Source: an uncultured virus (IMG/VR IMGVR_UViG_3300025389_000012)
Lineage: Duplodnaviria > Heunggongvirae > Uroviricota > Caudoviricetes
Length of the DNA stretch: 64,000 nt
Virus record (IMG/VR): IMGVR_UViG_3300025389_000012
Reading direction: 5' to 3' (one strand)
Both the position numbers and the translations under genes were made by a program. Shown in pieces: positions 1 to 9,481 of this stretch. Position 1 is the stretch's first letter. Each line of letters starts with the position of its first letter. The notes under the pieces are model-generated. The model saw nothing but the letters and a program-made list of their open reading frames with translations. It had not been told where the DNA came from and did not search any database.

Positions 1-4
1 GATA

Positions 5-976
5 TCACTTTGACAATTGTGCTTTCCAAAAGTTAGAAGTATTCAGCCATTCATAATATTTCTGAAAACCTTCTTCTACATCTACCTTTGGATCAAATCC
101 AAAATCCTGCCTTGCTCTATCAATATTTAATGCGCCTCGGCTAGGGAAATCTGCGTCTTTGTCACGCACTTCAATATTACCTTTACCAACAATACTTATT
201 GCTAGATTAGCCGCATCAATTAAAGTTCTGCTATGGCTTTTGGTGATGTTGTATGTTTTGTTTGCTGTGTTGTCGCTGAGTGAGGCTGCAACGATTCCGT
301 CAGCTGCATCGTCAACATAGGTGAAATCGAGGGTTTCTCCGGCGCCGTTGACTTTGAGGGTTCCTCCTCTAATTGCTGTAAGCATAAATTTTGCAATAAC
401 TCTATCCTCGACATCAAGCGGCCCGTATACAGCACTAGGACGCACAATAGTATAATCAAAACAACCTCGCCTTGCGTAATCTTTGACAATCTGTTCTCCT
501 GCTAATTTCATAATGCCATATTGCCCTTGTGGTTTACAGATGGCATCTTCTGTAACATCATCAGTAAAGTCACCATAGACCATACTACTACTAATATACA
601 TAAATCTACGTACTGAATATTTTTTACTCAATTCGCATAGATTCATTAATCCTTCCATCATTGTTTTTGCACCAATCATGGGATTGGCGTTGACAACTTT
701 TTGACGGGGGAAACTTGCTGTATGGATAACTATTTCAGGTTTATGATTTTTGAATAACCAATCCATGCCTTCTTGGTCACTGATATCAATCTTATAACAT
801 GGAGAATTTTTGATTTTTTCTGTGCGTTCTCCTATAAGATACCCAAGTTCTTCCTGCGGGATTATTCCATAGTTAGTACGGATATCTGTGATAGAGACTT
901 CATGTCCTAAAGCCTCAAGCCTTGCTACAATGTTATGACCTATTAATCCTAGGCCTCCAGTTACTAATATTCTCAT
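5..976 (-). CDS. NAD-dependent NDP-sugar epimerase/dehydratase (extended SDR, GalE-like)
   Basis: N-terminal TGGLGLIG Rossmann motif, SSSMVYG, catalytic YGIMK (YxxxK), RPSAVYGP, DFTYVDD. Confidence 0.92.
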   Translation of the reverse strand: MRILVTGGLGLIGHNIVARLEALGHEVSITDIRTNYGIIPQEELGYLIGERTEKIKNSPCYKIDISDQEGMDWLFKNHKPEIVIHTASFPRQKVVNANPMIGAKTMMEGLMNLCELSKKYSVRRFMYISSSMVYGDFTDDVTEDAICKPQGQYGIMKLAGEQIVKDYARRGCFDYTIVRPSAVYGPLDVEDRVIAKFMLTAIRGGTLKVNGAGETLDFTYVDDAADGIVAASLSDNTANKTYNITKSHSRTLIDAANLAISIVGKGNIEVRDKDADFPSRGALNIDRARQDFGFDPKVDVEEGFQKYYEWLNTSNFWKAQLSK

Positions 977-1218
977 TCGTATTTCAATCTATAAAATGTT
1001 AAGTCTTTCTCTTCCAAATATGCTATGATATCATATTGATATCCATACTTGTAAGTGTCGATACGTCTATGCCATTCTGGCTGTTGTTTACTATTATTCA
1101 TAATAAACTTTCCTGCGTCAGTTTGTTGCCAATGATATATCGGTTCAGCAACAAACAGATCGGGATCTTCAACATCTGCCATTCTAATCGTATGAACTTT
1201 AGTTTTTATAATATTCAT
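973..1218 (-). CDS. hypothetical phage protein (81 aa)
   Basis: Start moved to ATG at 1218 (MNIIKTKV), which forms an ATGA overlap with the upstream stop; its own stop overlaps the next ATG. Confidence 0.7.
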   Translation of the reverse strand: MNIIKTKVHTIRMADVEDPDLFVAEPIYHWQQTDAGKFIMNNSKQQPEWHRRIDTYKYGYQYDIIAYLEEKDLTFYRLKYE

Positions 1219-1436
1219 TTGAGTATACCTGACAAATAAATCAATGCAATAATAATATTTGGTATTACTAATGCTGCCTCTTTCCACAACACACCACTTA
1301 ATGTCCAAAGTATAGCAGTTGTTAATCCTGAATACTTGTTATATGGTACATAGTCATGACTAGTCAAAAACACAGTCAATAGACTTCCAAATGTCCCTGT
1401 CCATTTAACATAGAACACTAGTGGTTTGTTTATCAT
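1215..1436 (-). CDS. small membrane protein
   Basis: 73 aa, three hydrophobic segments, ATGA-coupled to thyA. Confidence 0.7.
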   Translation of the reverse strand: MINKPLVFYVKWTGTFGSLLTVFLTSHDYVPYNKYSGLTTAILWTLSGVLWKEAALVIPNIIIALIYLSGILK

Positions 1437-2344
1437 ACTGCCATCTCGGCTTTGATTGAGCCATGACTTTCGTAATCACACAATTCAATATCACTCATTT
1501 TAAAATCATTGATATCCTTGATACTTTTATTTAACTTCAAAGTAGGGAGTGGTAAAGGTTTACGTTGTAATTGTTCTTTTACTTGTTCAACATGGTTCTT
1601 ATAGATATGTGTGTCACCTGTACTGATAATCAACTCACCAACACCATAACCACATACTTGTGCAATCAAATGTGTAAACAATGCATAACTAGCAATGTTG
1701 AAAGGTAAGCCTAAAAACACATCAACACTGCGTTGATACATATGGCAACTAAGTTCACGGTTTTTATTAACATAGAACTGGCACATAACGTGACAAGGTG
1801 GCAATGCCATTTGATCTAGTTCACCTGGATTCCATGCACTGATAATATGTCTGCGACCATTAGGGTCATTCTTTAATCCTTCAATCAAATTTTCCAATTG
1901 ATCTACTTCAATATGACTTGGTCCTGGACCACTGTACCAACTACCAAAGTCATCACGGAACATTTCATGTTCGTGATTTAGTACAGGTTTTCTCCAATGT
2001 CTCCATTGTACTCCATATACTCGACCCAAATCACCATCATACTTTGCTTTGGGTTTCCAATAACTTGCTAAAGCATTTGGAGTCCAAATAGTAACTTTTC
2101 CTGTTGGGTCTTTGTATGTTAATTCTGCTAATCTACGTTCATCACTTGATCCTTCAATGAACCAAAGCAACTCTGCTTTACAAGCATTCCATGCTAATTT
2201 TTTAGTTGTTACTGCTGGAAAGCCTTCACGCAAATCAAAACGCAATTGTCTGGCAAATAGGCTAATTGTGCCTACTCCAGTACGGTCGTCTTTTGTTTCG
2301 CCGTTGTCTAAAATATCTTGTAATAAATCTAGGTACTGTTTCAT
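1433..2344 (-). CDS. thyA: thymidylate synthase
   Basis: DRTGVGT, YGVQWR, RRHIISAWNP, catalytic LPPCH, YQRSVDVFLGLPFNIASY, GDTHIY. Confidence 0.97.
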   Translation of the reverse strand: MKQYLDLLQDILDNGETKDDRTGVGTISLFARQLRFDLREGFPAVTTKKLAWNACKAELLWFIEGSSDERRLAELTYKDPTGKVTIWTPNALASYWKPKAKYDGDLGRVYGVQWRHWRKPVLNHEHEMFRDDFGSWYSGPGPSHIEVDQLENLIEGLKNDPNGRRHIISAWNPGELDQMALPPCHVMCQFYVNKNRELSCHMYQRSVDVFLGLPFNIASYALFTHLIAQVCGYGVGELIISTGDTHIYKNHVEQVKEQLQRKPLPLPTLKLNKSIKDINDFKMSDIELCDYESHGSIKAEMAV

Positions 2345-2365
2345 GTGGTCTTTCAGTTATGTATT

Positions 2366-2394
2366 ATTGTAGCAATTTAAACAAATTATTGCAA
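2366..2394 (-). promoter_or_regulatory. sigma70-type promoter upstream of thyA
   Basis: TTGCAA-17 nt-TACAAT on minus strand, with TG one base upstream of the -10. Confidence 0.6.
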
Positions 2395-2406
2395 GCACAT
2401 TTGGCA

Positions 2407-2433
2407 AATTGCCCCGGATATACCAGGGCAATT
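2407..2433 (-). terminator. intergenic hairpin, possible terminator
   Basis: AATTGCCCTGG-TATAT-CCGGGGCAATT stem-loop after the 2457 stop; weak U tail. Confidence 0.45.
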
Positions 2434-2456
2434 GTATCTACAATACTTCCTTCAAC

Positions 2457-2753
2457 TCACAGTCCGTTCAATAAACGGTCAGTCTCAGGTTGTACAGTTT
2501 CGGCAATATTCTTTACATTGAGAATGAATTCAATACTTGAAACCTGATCATCCAACTCCGCAAGTTTTCTACTTACGGCTTCTTCAATCTGTTCAGGCTC
2601 CAAACCTTGATTGAGAAACTTTTCAATATTAATAGTCTGTTGTCGTTTACCGTGAAGTTTAATAATTAACTTCTTAATAAATTCTACAGGTATTTTTTGT
2701 TTCTCAACGTCCTCAAGTAAAGTCTCCCATTTCTTAATAAAATCAGGCGACAT
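2457..2753 (-). CDS. hypothetical protein
   Basis: 98-aa ORF in operon orientation, overlaps upstream stop. Confidence 0.75.
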   Translation of the reverse strand: MSPDFIKKWETLLEDVEKQKIPVEFIKKLIIKLHGKRQQTINIEKFLNQGLEPEQIEEAVSRKLAELDDQVSSIEFILNVKNIAETVQPETDRLLNGL

Positions 2754-3447
2754 TTACCTTTTTCACCCTAGAAGTTTTTGTTTTAGGAGTAGCATCTAAG
2801 GTGGCAGTTTTCTTTGTAGTCTCCTTCTTAGGCTTCACTGGATCCATACTGGCTGCTTCTTTGAGCAAACGCTGTGCTTCGGCCATTAAGCCCTTAGCCT
2901 CGTTTGTCATCTTGGTAGCCTGTTGACGCAAGTTGTTTGCTAATGCCGCATCACCTAATGCATCACCACTGGCAGCGACTACTGGCTGATTAACTTGTGC
3001 ATCCTTATTACCACGCATACGTCTTGCAACTTCTGCTGGATCCTGCATTCCACGGCTGGCATCTAGTTCTGCCATACGCTTAACAGCCTCTTCACCTAAC
3101 TTCATTTCATCTAACATCTTGTTAAGTTCATTTAATCTGATCTTAGTGTTAGGTTGTGGGGTCATTAAAATTTGTTCGGTGTTAACCTTTTTCAACATAC
3201 CTTCACTATGCAACTTCTGCAAAATGATAGTGCCATCTTTAGTATAGGTACGGTTTAAAGCATCAGCCAAATTTTCACTGCTTTGGCCAATATCACTTTC
3301 AATGCATTGCATCAAAGGATCGTGAATGTGTTGATTGAGAATCTCAGGATAGACAACCAAACACATATGAGGCTCGCCGGGCACTTCACGGAATACGACC
3401 GCAACCTTACGATCTCCATGCTTACCAACGTGTCTTAAAAAACTCAT
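2743..3447 (-). CDS. hypothetical protein with C-terminal coiled coil and basic tail
   Basis: 234 aa, AAGGAG Shine-Dalgarno, TAAATA motif at 3471-3476. Confidence 0.8.
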   Translation of the reverse strand: MSFLRHVGKHGDRKVAVVFREVPGEPHMCLVVYPEILNQHIHDPLMQCIESDIGQSSENLADALNRTYTKDGTIILQKLHSEGMLKKVNTEQILMTPQPNTKIRLNELNKMLDEMKLGEEAVKRMAELDASRGMQDPAEVARRMRGNKDAQVNQPVVAASGDALGDAALANNLRQQATKMTNEAKGLMAEAQRLLKEAASMDPVKPKKETTKKTATLDATPKTKTSRVKKVNVA

Positions 3448-3503
3448 AGTGTTCTCCTTGTTTGTATATCTATTTAATAATAGATTGTGACGTTAATATT
3501 TTT

Positions 3504-3755
3504 TTACGACCATGTTAATTCGTAAAAAACTGCTTCCTTAGGGTCCTCAAAACAAGGAACTTCTTTATCAGAAAATAAAAATGTATAATCGCTATCATCA
3601 CTTTTGATAATGCAATATCTACCTTTGAGTGTTTCTTTTATCCAAAGTTTAGATTTATCGGTTAGTGGAGTTTGTGATTTAACAAAATGGATAGGTTTAT
3701 AGGATAATTCCCTACACTCTACCCATTCTTCAATATTGATATCTTCAAAAGTCAT
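3504..3755 (-). CDS. hypothetical phage protein (83 aa)
   Basis: Start moved to ATG at 3755 (MTFEDINIEEW), ATGA overlap with upstream stop. Confidence 0.7.
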   Translation of the reverse strand: MTFEDINIEEWVECRELSYKPIHFVKSQTPLTDKSKLWIKETLKGRYCIIKSDDSDYTFLFSDKEVPCFEDPKEAVFYELTWS

Positions 3756-4189
3756 CGAACATAGATACCAGCATTGTGATGGTCGGCAGTTAATGTTGTC
3801 AACATTTTTAATTGTTCCCACGTATTCTTAACTGCGGGATTATTCATTCTGTTAGGAGGAATAATTTCAATCCAAAGACTTTGACCCAATTCTGAATGAA
3901 CATAACCACTAGGAGCACCATATGTTCTAGGCTGATGAATCTTTCCCATACTCCATAGATATTGGGCTAAGAGTAATACAGCATCAAATTCGTAATCGCA
4001 TAAATCATAACGTTCGGGATTACTTGCATAAGGATTTCCCCGTTCATAATAAGCCTTTACCACATTAACAAATGTATCATAATCAGGACAGTCTGTGCGA
4101 GTAACAATCAACAAAACATCGTCCCTGGACACTTCACCTGCCATGATGGATTTCAAGCATCCGCCCAAACTTGTACCAATATACATCAT
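3752..4189 (-). CDS. hypothetical protein
   Basis: 145 aa, ATGA-coupled on both sides. Confidence 0.75.
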   Translation of the reverse strand: MMYIGTSLGGCLKSIMAGEVSRDDVLLIVTRTDCPDYDTFVNVVKAYYERGNPYASNPERYDLCDYEFDAVLLLAQYLWSMGKIHQPRTYGAPSGYVHSELGQSLWIEIIPPNRMNNPAVKNTWEQLKMLTTLTADHHNAGIYVR

Positions 4190-4542
4190 ACTATAACCTC
4201 TTTTTTTGTTGCACGGTTACAAAACAATTTTTTACCTATGTTACGAATGCTATCTACAATTACTTGTGGACTAGATTCAAACATTTCTTCAATATCACTT
4301 TCAGAAATTTCCGAATCAAACAAATATATTTCATAATGGCGTTGGCTATTAACTCTTGCCCGCATCATCATAGCATCTAACGGAACACCAGGTGGTTTGA
4401 TATTACGCAACGGATCACCCCTAAGGGTTTTCCACATTGTATCTTTTTCCCACTGCTCATGTTCTTGTTGCAACTTAGAAATATTAAGCAAACATTCAAG
4501 TCCAGTGTTATCCCACATGGCAAGAAATCTAGTGGTTTTCAT
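4186..4542 (-). CDS. hypothetical protein
   Basis: 118-aa ORF, overlaps neighbours. Confidence 0.75.
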   Translation of the reverse strand: MKTTRFLAMWDNTGLECLLNISKLQQEHEQWEKDTMWKTLRGDPLRNIKPPGVPLDAMMMRARVNSQRHYEIYLFDSEISESDIEEMFESSPQVIVDSIRNIGKKLFCNRATKKEVIV

Positions 4543-4774
4543 CTTTGATCAACTTATAAATCATTTCAGCACGTTCAACAGCATCACGTAATGTAACATT
4601 GTCTCTAGCCAATTTTAATATTTCACGCCAAGTATTCCATTGGTCAATATACTTACGTTCAGGGTCCTCACGAATCATTTCCCGATCAGTAGAACCCGGG
4701 GCACGGCGATAAATTGTTTTACCGCCGTCTGGTGATTCGTAGATATAAATCTCCTCAACGCTTTTTATGATCAT
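4529..4774 (-). CDS. hypothetical protein (YESPDGGKTIYRR motif)
   Basis: Start moved to ATG at 4774 to minimise overlap with the VWA gene; start uncertain. Confidence 0.65.
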   Translation of the reverse strand: MIIKSVEEIYIYESPDGGKTIYRRAPGSTDREMIREDPERKYIDQWNTWREILKLARDNVTLRDAVERAEMIYKLIKDENH

Positions 4775-6047
4775 CGTAAATTGCGTAAGTTCCAAACGGG
4801 GGATTTGGATTGGGATCACCATGAATAATCCATGTCGTATCACAATAGTCCGGGTCACCCCACGAACCAAACGGATAACCATCAGTAAAGACAATCAGTC
4901 GATTTGGTTCAATTGCGTTTTCCTTAAGATACTTAAAGATGCAATCAAAGTCGGTACCACCACCGCCCATCAATTCATACTCACCGATATCCTCGAGGGT
5001 TTCGCTAGTGTAAGTTTTGTAGTTATATACCTCAGTATCGAAACATGCGATATTGATTTTATAACCATCAAATGCCTGCATCATGCCTGCAACTTCACTA
5101 ATAAATGCCTTGCCCTGTTCAGTTGAAATACTGCCTGACAAGTCAATGAACACGTTAACGTCAATTTCCTCACCAGGAGTCATACCAGGCATGATAGCAT
5201 CCATGTGCCAACTTCTACGTGAAGGACGAATCCAACTAAAGTCAGTCTTGATTGCACTGGTCAGATTAGTTTGAATCAATTCACGCCAAGGCATAATAGG
5301 GTTAGTATGTTGCTTGATAAGACGTTCAACACCCTTAGGGACACTTCCGGGTTCGGCACCTTGTGCGGCATTGATGATAGCCTGCTTGACTTCCTGACGA
5401 ACACGTTCACGTTCCTCAGGACTCATCTTAGGACGACCTTTGCCTTGCTTGTCGCCATCACCGTCTTCGCCTTCATCACCACCTTCGCCATCAGCCTCGA
5501 GGTGATCGTCAATCATTTTATCGACCAATGAATCGATATCAATGTGTTGCACGTTTTGCATGAGGTCATCATAGATTTCCTCAGCAGGCTTGCCATCATA
5601 CTTTGTTTCATACAAGCAAGGCACAGTAGTGATAAAGTCGCCTACCTTGTGACGCTTGAGGTCAGCGTTAACAGCATAGTCATCGGCGATGTTCCAGATT
5701 TGAGGGTCACGATTACCTCGGCGACCAATGTGATCATATACAACGTGCAACACTTCATGACCTACAAGGAATTCAACTTCCTTAGGCTTTAGCATCATAA
5801 TGAAACGTGCATTGTAATAAAACTTCAAGCCATCAGTTGCCGCAGTAGAACACCATTCGTCGGCATTAATCAATTGCAAACGGGTTGCAAGATTACCAAA
5901 AAACGAATGGCGCAACAGCAAACCAATACGTGCCGTAATCAGTCGTTCACGTGCGGCCGCATCAATTTTGGGGTCAGTAGGACCTACAAGTTTTTCGAGG
6001 TTCTTGCTACGCTTACGCTTTTTAGTTGGGTTCAGAACTTCTGACAT
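4755..6047 (-). CDS. DUF2201-type metallopeptidase-like + VWA domain protein (MoxR partner)
   Basis: TAATDG, HEVLH (HExxH), acidic linker, DLSGS MIDAS motif, GGGGTDF, VFTDG. Confidence 0.9.
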   Translation of the reverse strand: MSEVLNPTKKRKRSKNLEKLVGPTDPKIDAAARERLITARIGLLLRHSFFGNLATRLQLINADEWCSTAATDGLKFYYNARFIMMLKPKEVEFLVGHEVLHVVYDHIGRRGNRDPQIWNIADDYAVNADLKRHKVGDFITTVPCLYETKYDGKPAEEIYDDLMQNVQHIDIDSLVDKMIDDHLEADGEGGDEGEDGDGDKQGKGRPKMSPEERERVRQEVKQAIINAAQGAEPGSVPKGVERLIKQHTNPIMPWRELIQTNLTSAIKTDFSWIRPSRRSWHMDAIMPGMTPGEEIDVNVFIDLSGSISTEQGKAFISEVAGMMQAFDGYKINIACFDTEVYNYKTYTSETLEDIGEYELMGGGGTDFDCIFKYLKENAIEPNRLIVFTDGYPFGSWGDPDYCDTTWIIHGDPNPNPPFGTYAIYDDHKKR

Positions 6048-6075
6048 GAAATATCCTTTATTCGATTATGTATAT

Positions 6076-6104
6076 ATTATAGCACCGACCTGAATAAAAG
6101 TCAA
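6076..6104 (-). promoter_or_regulatory. sigma70-type early promoter
   Basis: TTGACT-17 nt-TATAAT with extended -10 TG. Confidence 0.8.
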
Positions 6105-6107
6105 GCT

Positions 6108-6803
6108 CTAATTTGAGCAGAAAACACGATATCCTGCCGCAATATAGCCCCTTTTAACCACGCAAACCGGCTGTTTATAGTATGTTACAGTTGGGGCAGG
6201 GGTATAGATTACTTGGGTAGGGGCTGTATAAACAGGTTGTGTATATGTCACCGGTGGAGTATATACAGGGGCCGGTTGTGTATATGTCGTAGGGGTTGGA
6301 GTATATACAGGGGCCGCAGGTTTTACAGACTGTTGGGCTTGTAATTGTTTACGCAATAAAACTATTTGCTCTTGTTGGGCCTTTAGTTCTAATTCTAAAC
6401 GTTTGGTATCCATCAACGTTTGTAACTTGTCTTGCATTTTGTCAGGATCAAATGCAGTTTCAACTGTACAATAGAAAACCATATGTCCGTCTTCGGATTG
6501 TATGTTTTCTTCTAACAGTTTAGCAGACACTAATTGGGCACTCAAGGACCTTGTATCCTTACGTGCCTGAGAAGTTTCTTTCCCGTCAGGACCTTCGTGA
6601 GTACGAACCGTTATTGAGGATTCTATAAAACTATCGCTAGTGTCTACTGCTTGTTGTTTAGCATTAGCAATGCAATAATTGCGTCCTTGCACAACGGATT
6701 CATTTTTTCCCATTTTATAATGGGCTTCTATATCCATTGTCATAGTTTCAGCGTGGCATAAGTGCCACGCTAACATAATACAACATCCTACTAAACTGCG
6801 CAT
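6108..6803 (-). CDS. putative secreted protein with coiled coil and Pro/Thr/Tyr-rich repeat tail
   Basis: Signal-peptide-like N-terminus; APVYTP repeats (20-nt direct repeat at 6255-6274 and 6297-6316). Confidence 0.7.
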   Translation of the reverse strand: MRSLVGCCIMLAWHLCHAETMTMDIEAHYKMGKNESVVQGRNYCIANAKQQAVDTSDSFIESSITVRTHEGPDGKETSQARKDTRSLSAQLVSAKLLEENIQSEDGHMVFYCTVETAFDPDKMQDKLQTLMDTKRLELELKAQQEQIVLLRKQLQAQQSVKPAAPVYTPTPTTYTQPAPVYTPPVTYTQPVYTAPTQVIYTPAPTVTYYKQPVCVVKRGYIAAGYRVFCSN

Positions 6804-6816
6804 GTTGCGCTCCTAA

Positions 6817-7572
6817 TCAGCGAACAGTAACCTGACCGATTACTGCTCCGGGTTTTTGAAGAGCCTCATCACGTTTCTTTTTGTATTCTTCATTGTCTAC
6901 ATCAAGTAACGTGACAGAACTTTCAGCCTTAGTGCTACTGATTGGTTGAGGTTGTGTCTTAGATTCACTTTGAACCTTTTGATCCAATTCCTTCATGGCC
7001 GGAAAGTTATCAATTGTAGTGCTACCATTGTCACTGGTATCTTCAATATCGTACTTCAATAATACAAACGCACTATAACCTTTTTCAGTTACATGTACAC
7101 TCTTTTCTTGAACCACATAATTTTTTAATGAGGTTCGCAAAATAATGTTTGATGTAGCACGATCATATTGTGTAATTGACTTACGTTTGCTATCGCCATC
7201 ACGCACAATTTGGCGTGTATTACTGTTTAGTTTACCATCCTTCTGATCTGCCAATTGACGTTTGGCATCTAGGATCGCCTTTTCTAACGCTAGATTAAGG
7301 CGATCACTAGTATCAGTGCCAACAGCATATAATGTGCTGTCATCAGATTTAGGAGGGTTCATGAACCATTCAGGTAAGTTGACAAGAACCGTTTTACGTT
7401 CCTCAATGGCACGTTCACGTTTCTCCTCAACTACCCGTTCATCCTTGTTAAGTGTCGAGAGTTTGATCGGAGCCTGAGCCTCGACCTTAACTTCGGGTGG
7501 TTTAGTAGCACATGCTGATAACAGCAATGCTCCTGTAACCGCTGTTAATAGACCTGTATTACCATATTTCAT
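6817..7572 (-). CDS. lipoprotein (LPP20-like)
   Basis: Lipobox LSAC after a hydrophobic stretch; PEWF...YAVG...A..KA..DAKRQLA pattern. Confidence 0.75.
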   Translation of the reverse strand: MKYGNTGLLTAVTGALLLSACATKPPEVKVEAQAPIKLSTLNKDERVVEEKRERAIEERKTVLVNLPEWFMNPPKSDDSTLYAVGTDTSDRLNLALEKAILDAKRQLADQKDGKLNSNTRQIVRDGDSKRKSITQYDRATSNIILRTSLKNYVVQEKSVHVTEKGYSAFVLLKYDIEDTSDNGSTTIDNFPAMKELDQKVQSESKTQPQPISSTKAESSVTLLDVDNEEYKKKRDEALQKPGAVIGQVTVR

Positions 7573-7590
7573 ATACTTCCTTTAGTAGTA

Positions 7591-8685
7591 TTAATTACCT
7601 GCTTCCACAATGTACTTGCCATACTTCTTGTGGAACTCATCAAAGTTCTTCAATTGACTAGGTTCAATTGGAAGACCATAAGTCTTGAGGGCGATTTTAG
7701 CACCCATCACGACCAATTCAGTTTCAAAGTTGTTCATCATATAAGTGACAAAGTTGTTTGCCATTTCATGGAACTTTTTCTTGTCAACCTTCTTGTTTTC
7801 AACTGCATCCTTGAGTTCATAGCACATTGAAACAGTAAGAGAGTACATTGCAGAAATTTCCTTAACTGCAAGGTCAGTTACCTTACCACTCAAGATATCG
7901 CTGGGTGCGGGCATACGACCTGCAACCTTGCGGTGAGCCATAAACTTAACAGCAAGACCTTCACCAACAGCACCTGCAACAAGATTGTACAGAGTATCAG
8001 TATCGGTATCCTCGTCATCAAGCAGGTCACTTACGAAACACCAACTACGGGGAGTAGCGAATGCCTTGCTGGAACTCTTGCTATCAAAATCATACAGGTC
8101 CTGCTTGCTGAAAGACAAGTAACCAACCACGTCTTGATGGATGTTCTTGTTAACAGCCCAGTTCTGCCAACTTGCAAAATCGGGACGCATTTCAATGTGA
8201 ACAAAACGATTAGCAAGGGGCATCGGCATGCGATAAGTAACACCCTTGTCACTTTCACGATTACCTGCCGCAACGATAACAACATTATCGGGCAACTTGT
8301 ACTTACCAACACGGCGATTCAAAATCAATTGATAGCCTGCAGCCTGAACAGCAGGGGGCGCACTATTCATTTCGTCAAGGAAAAGAACAATGAGGGGATA
8401 CTGACTAGCCAGTTCCTCGTCGGGCAGATCAACTGGGGGAGCCCAGTCCATCTTGTTGATGTCTTTGTTGAAGTATGGAATACCACGAATGTCAGTAGGT
8501 TCCATTTGCGCCATGCGCAAGTCAATCATAAGACCATTCAGTTCATCGGTAATTTCTGAGACAACCTCAGACTTACCGATACCGGGAGGACCCCAGAGAA
8601 AAACAGGGCGCTTGACCTTAAACGCCTTAAGAATAGCCTTGCGTGCCTGTACGCTAGTGACTGTAAGATTGTCTGAAACTTGCAT
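7591..8685 (-). CDS. MoxR-family AAA+ ATPase
   Basis: Walker A GPPGIGKS, Walker B LFLDE, AAGNR, LANRF, TPRSW. Confidence 0.93.
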   Translation of the reverse strand: MQVSDNLTVTSVQARKAILKAFKVKRPVFLWGPPGIGKSEVVSEITDELNGLMIDLRMAQMEPTDIRGIPYFNKDINKMDWAPPVDLPDEELASQYPLIVLFLDEMNSAPPAVQAAGYQLILNRRVGKYKLPDNVVIVAAGNRESDKGVTYRMPMPLANRFVHIEMRPDFASWQNWAVNKNIHQDVVGYLSFSKQDLYDFDSKSSSKAFATPRSWCFVSDLLDDEDTDTDTLYNLVAGAVGEGLAVKFMAHRKVAGRMPAPSDILSGKVTDLAVKEISAMYSLTVSMCYELKDAVENKKVDKKKFHEMANNFVTYMMNNFETELVVMGAKIALKTYGLPIEPSQLKNFDEFHKKYGKYIVEAGN

Positions 8686-8713
8686 TGTTTGTCCTTAAGT
8701 TGATAATGTTGAT

Positions 8714-8742
8714 ACTATAACAGAAGCCTGAATTAATGTCAA
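8714..8742 (-). promoter_or_regulatory. sigma70-type early promoter
   Basis: TTGACA-17 nt-TATAGT with extended -10 TG; the -35 contains the upstream TGA stop. Confidence 0.75.
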
Positions 8743-9041
8743 GCAATTTGTTCAAGAATTCGGGCATACACATCAGCCTTAGACTGATAGTATTCGTAGT
8801 CACGTTCACCCGGGCGAAAATTCTTCCACTGATTTTGACCTGCAAACGACAAGATATCTTGTTTTAAACTATAGTCCGAGTAGTGACTAATGAAACCATA
8901 AAGGTCATAGTGTGCGATAAAACCGGAGCAGAGATACAGATACTTGTACCCGGTCTTGTTGAGGCTGTTGATGTTCTTAACTGCCTTAACAACATTGTTA
9001 ACAATAAGTGTCTTTTGACGTTCTGTAAGAGGTTCTAACAT
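8739..9041 (-). CDS. hypothetical early protein
   Basis: 100 aa, GGAG SD, own promoter. Confidence 0.75.
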   Translation of the reverse strand: MLEPLTERQKTLIVNNVVKAVKNINSLNKTGYKYLYLCSGFIAHYDLYGFISHYSDYSLKQDILSFAGQNQWKNFRPGERDYEYYQSKADVYARILEQIA

Positions 9042-9071
9042 AACTGCTCCGTTTCTTAAGTGTATAAGTGT

Positions 9072-9100
9072 ATTATATACCCAAACTGATTAAATGTCAA
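9072..9100 (-). promoter_or_regulatory. sigma70-type early promoter (perfect consensus)
   Basis: TTGACA-17 nt-TATAAT. Confidence 0.85.
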
Positions 9101-9369
9101 GCCTTTTCTAGCATGTTTGCAGGAACACGCCAGTTAGTAGAACCGGACTTAACAATAACATACTTAGTGTTGATTTTAGAAACAGTACCGAGGACCTCGA
9201 TACCATCACGTGAATTGAAAAACTTTACACTAGAACCAACACTAATGCTACGTTTGGTCTGCTTGACCAGCTGGGCACGTGCAAACCTGATCGAATCGGC
9301 TACAGTATTGAGTTGGTCATTGGTAAGATTGCCATTGATAATAGCACTAGTGATATCAGAAAGAGTCAT
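9097..9369 (-). CDS. hypothetical early protein, possible SH3-like C-terminus
   Basis: 90 aa, AGGA SD, own promoter; VGSSVKF...GTVSKINTKYVIV...WRVP pattern. Confidence 0.75.
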   Translation of the reverse strand: MTLSDITSAIINGNLTNDQLNTVADSIRFARAQLVKQTKRSISVGSSVKFFNSRDGIEVLGTVSKINTKYVIVKSGSTNWRVPANMLEKA

Positions 9370-9402
9370 TTTTGAGTCCTTTTAATCAGTTTCAATACAT
9401 GT

Positions 9403-9431
9403 ATTGTACGCCCAAACTGATTAAAAGTCAA
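9403..9431 (-). promoter_or_regulatory. sigma70-type early promoter
   Basis: TTGACT-17 nt-TACAAT; spacer nearly identical to the 9072-9100 promoter. Confidence 0.8.
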
Positions 9432-9481
9432 GCCTTTTTAGCCACTTTTTTTAGGATTTTTTGTTGTTTAAAAACAACAAC

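Noticed and set aside
1433..2344. thyA as a dCMP hydroxymethylase feeding carbamoylated or glycosylated DNA bases
   Set aside because: It retains the dUMP-specifying Asn (GLPFNIASY). DNA modification by genes outside the window cannot be excluded
7933..8559. 208-aa plus-strand ORF and the other short plus-strand ORFs
   Set aside because: They lie antisense to well-supported minus-strand genes and have no recognisable motifs
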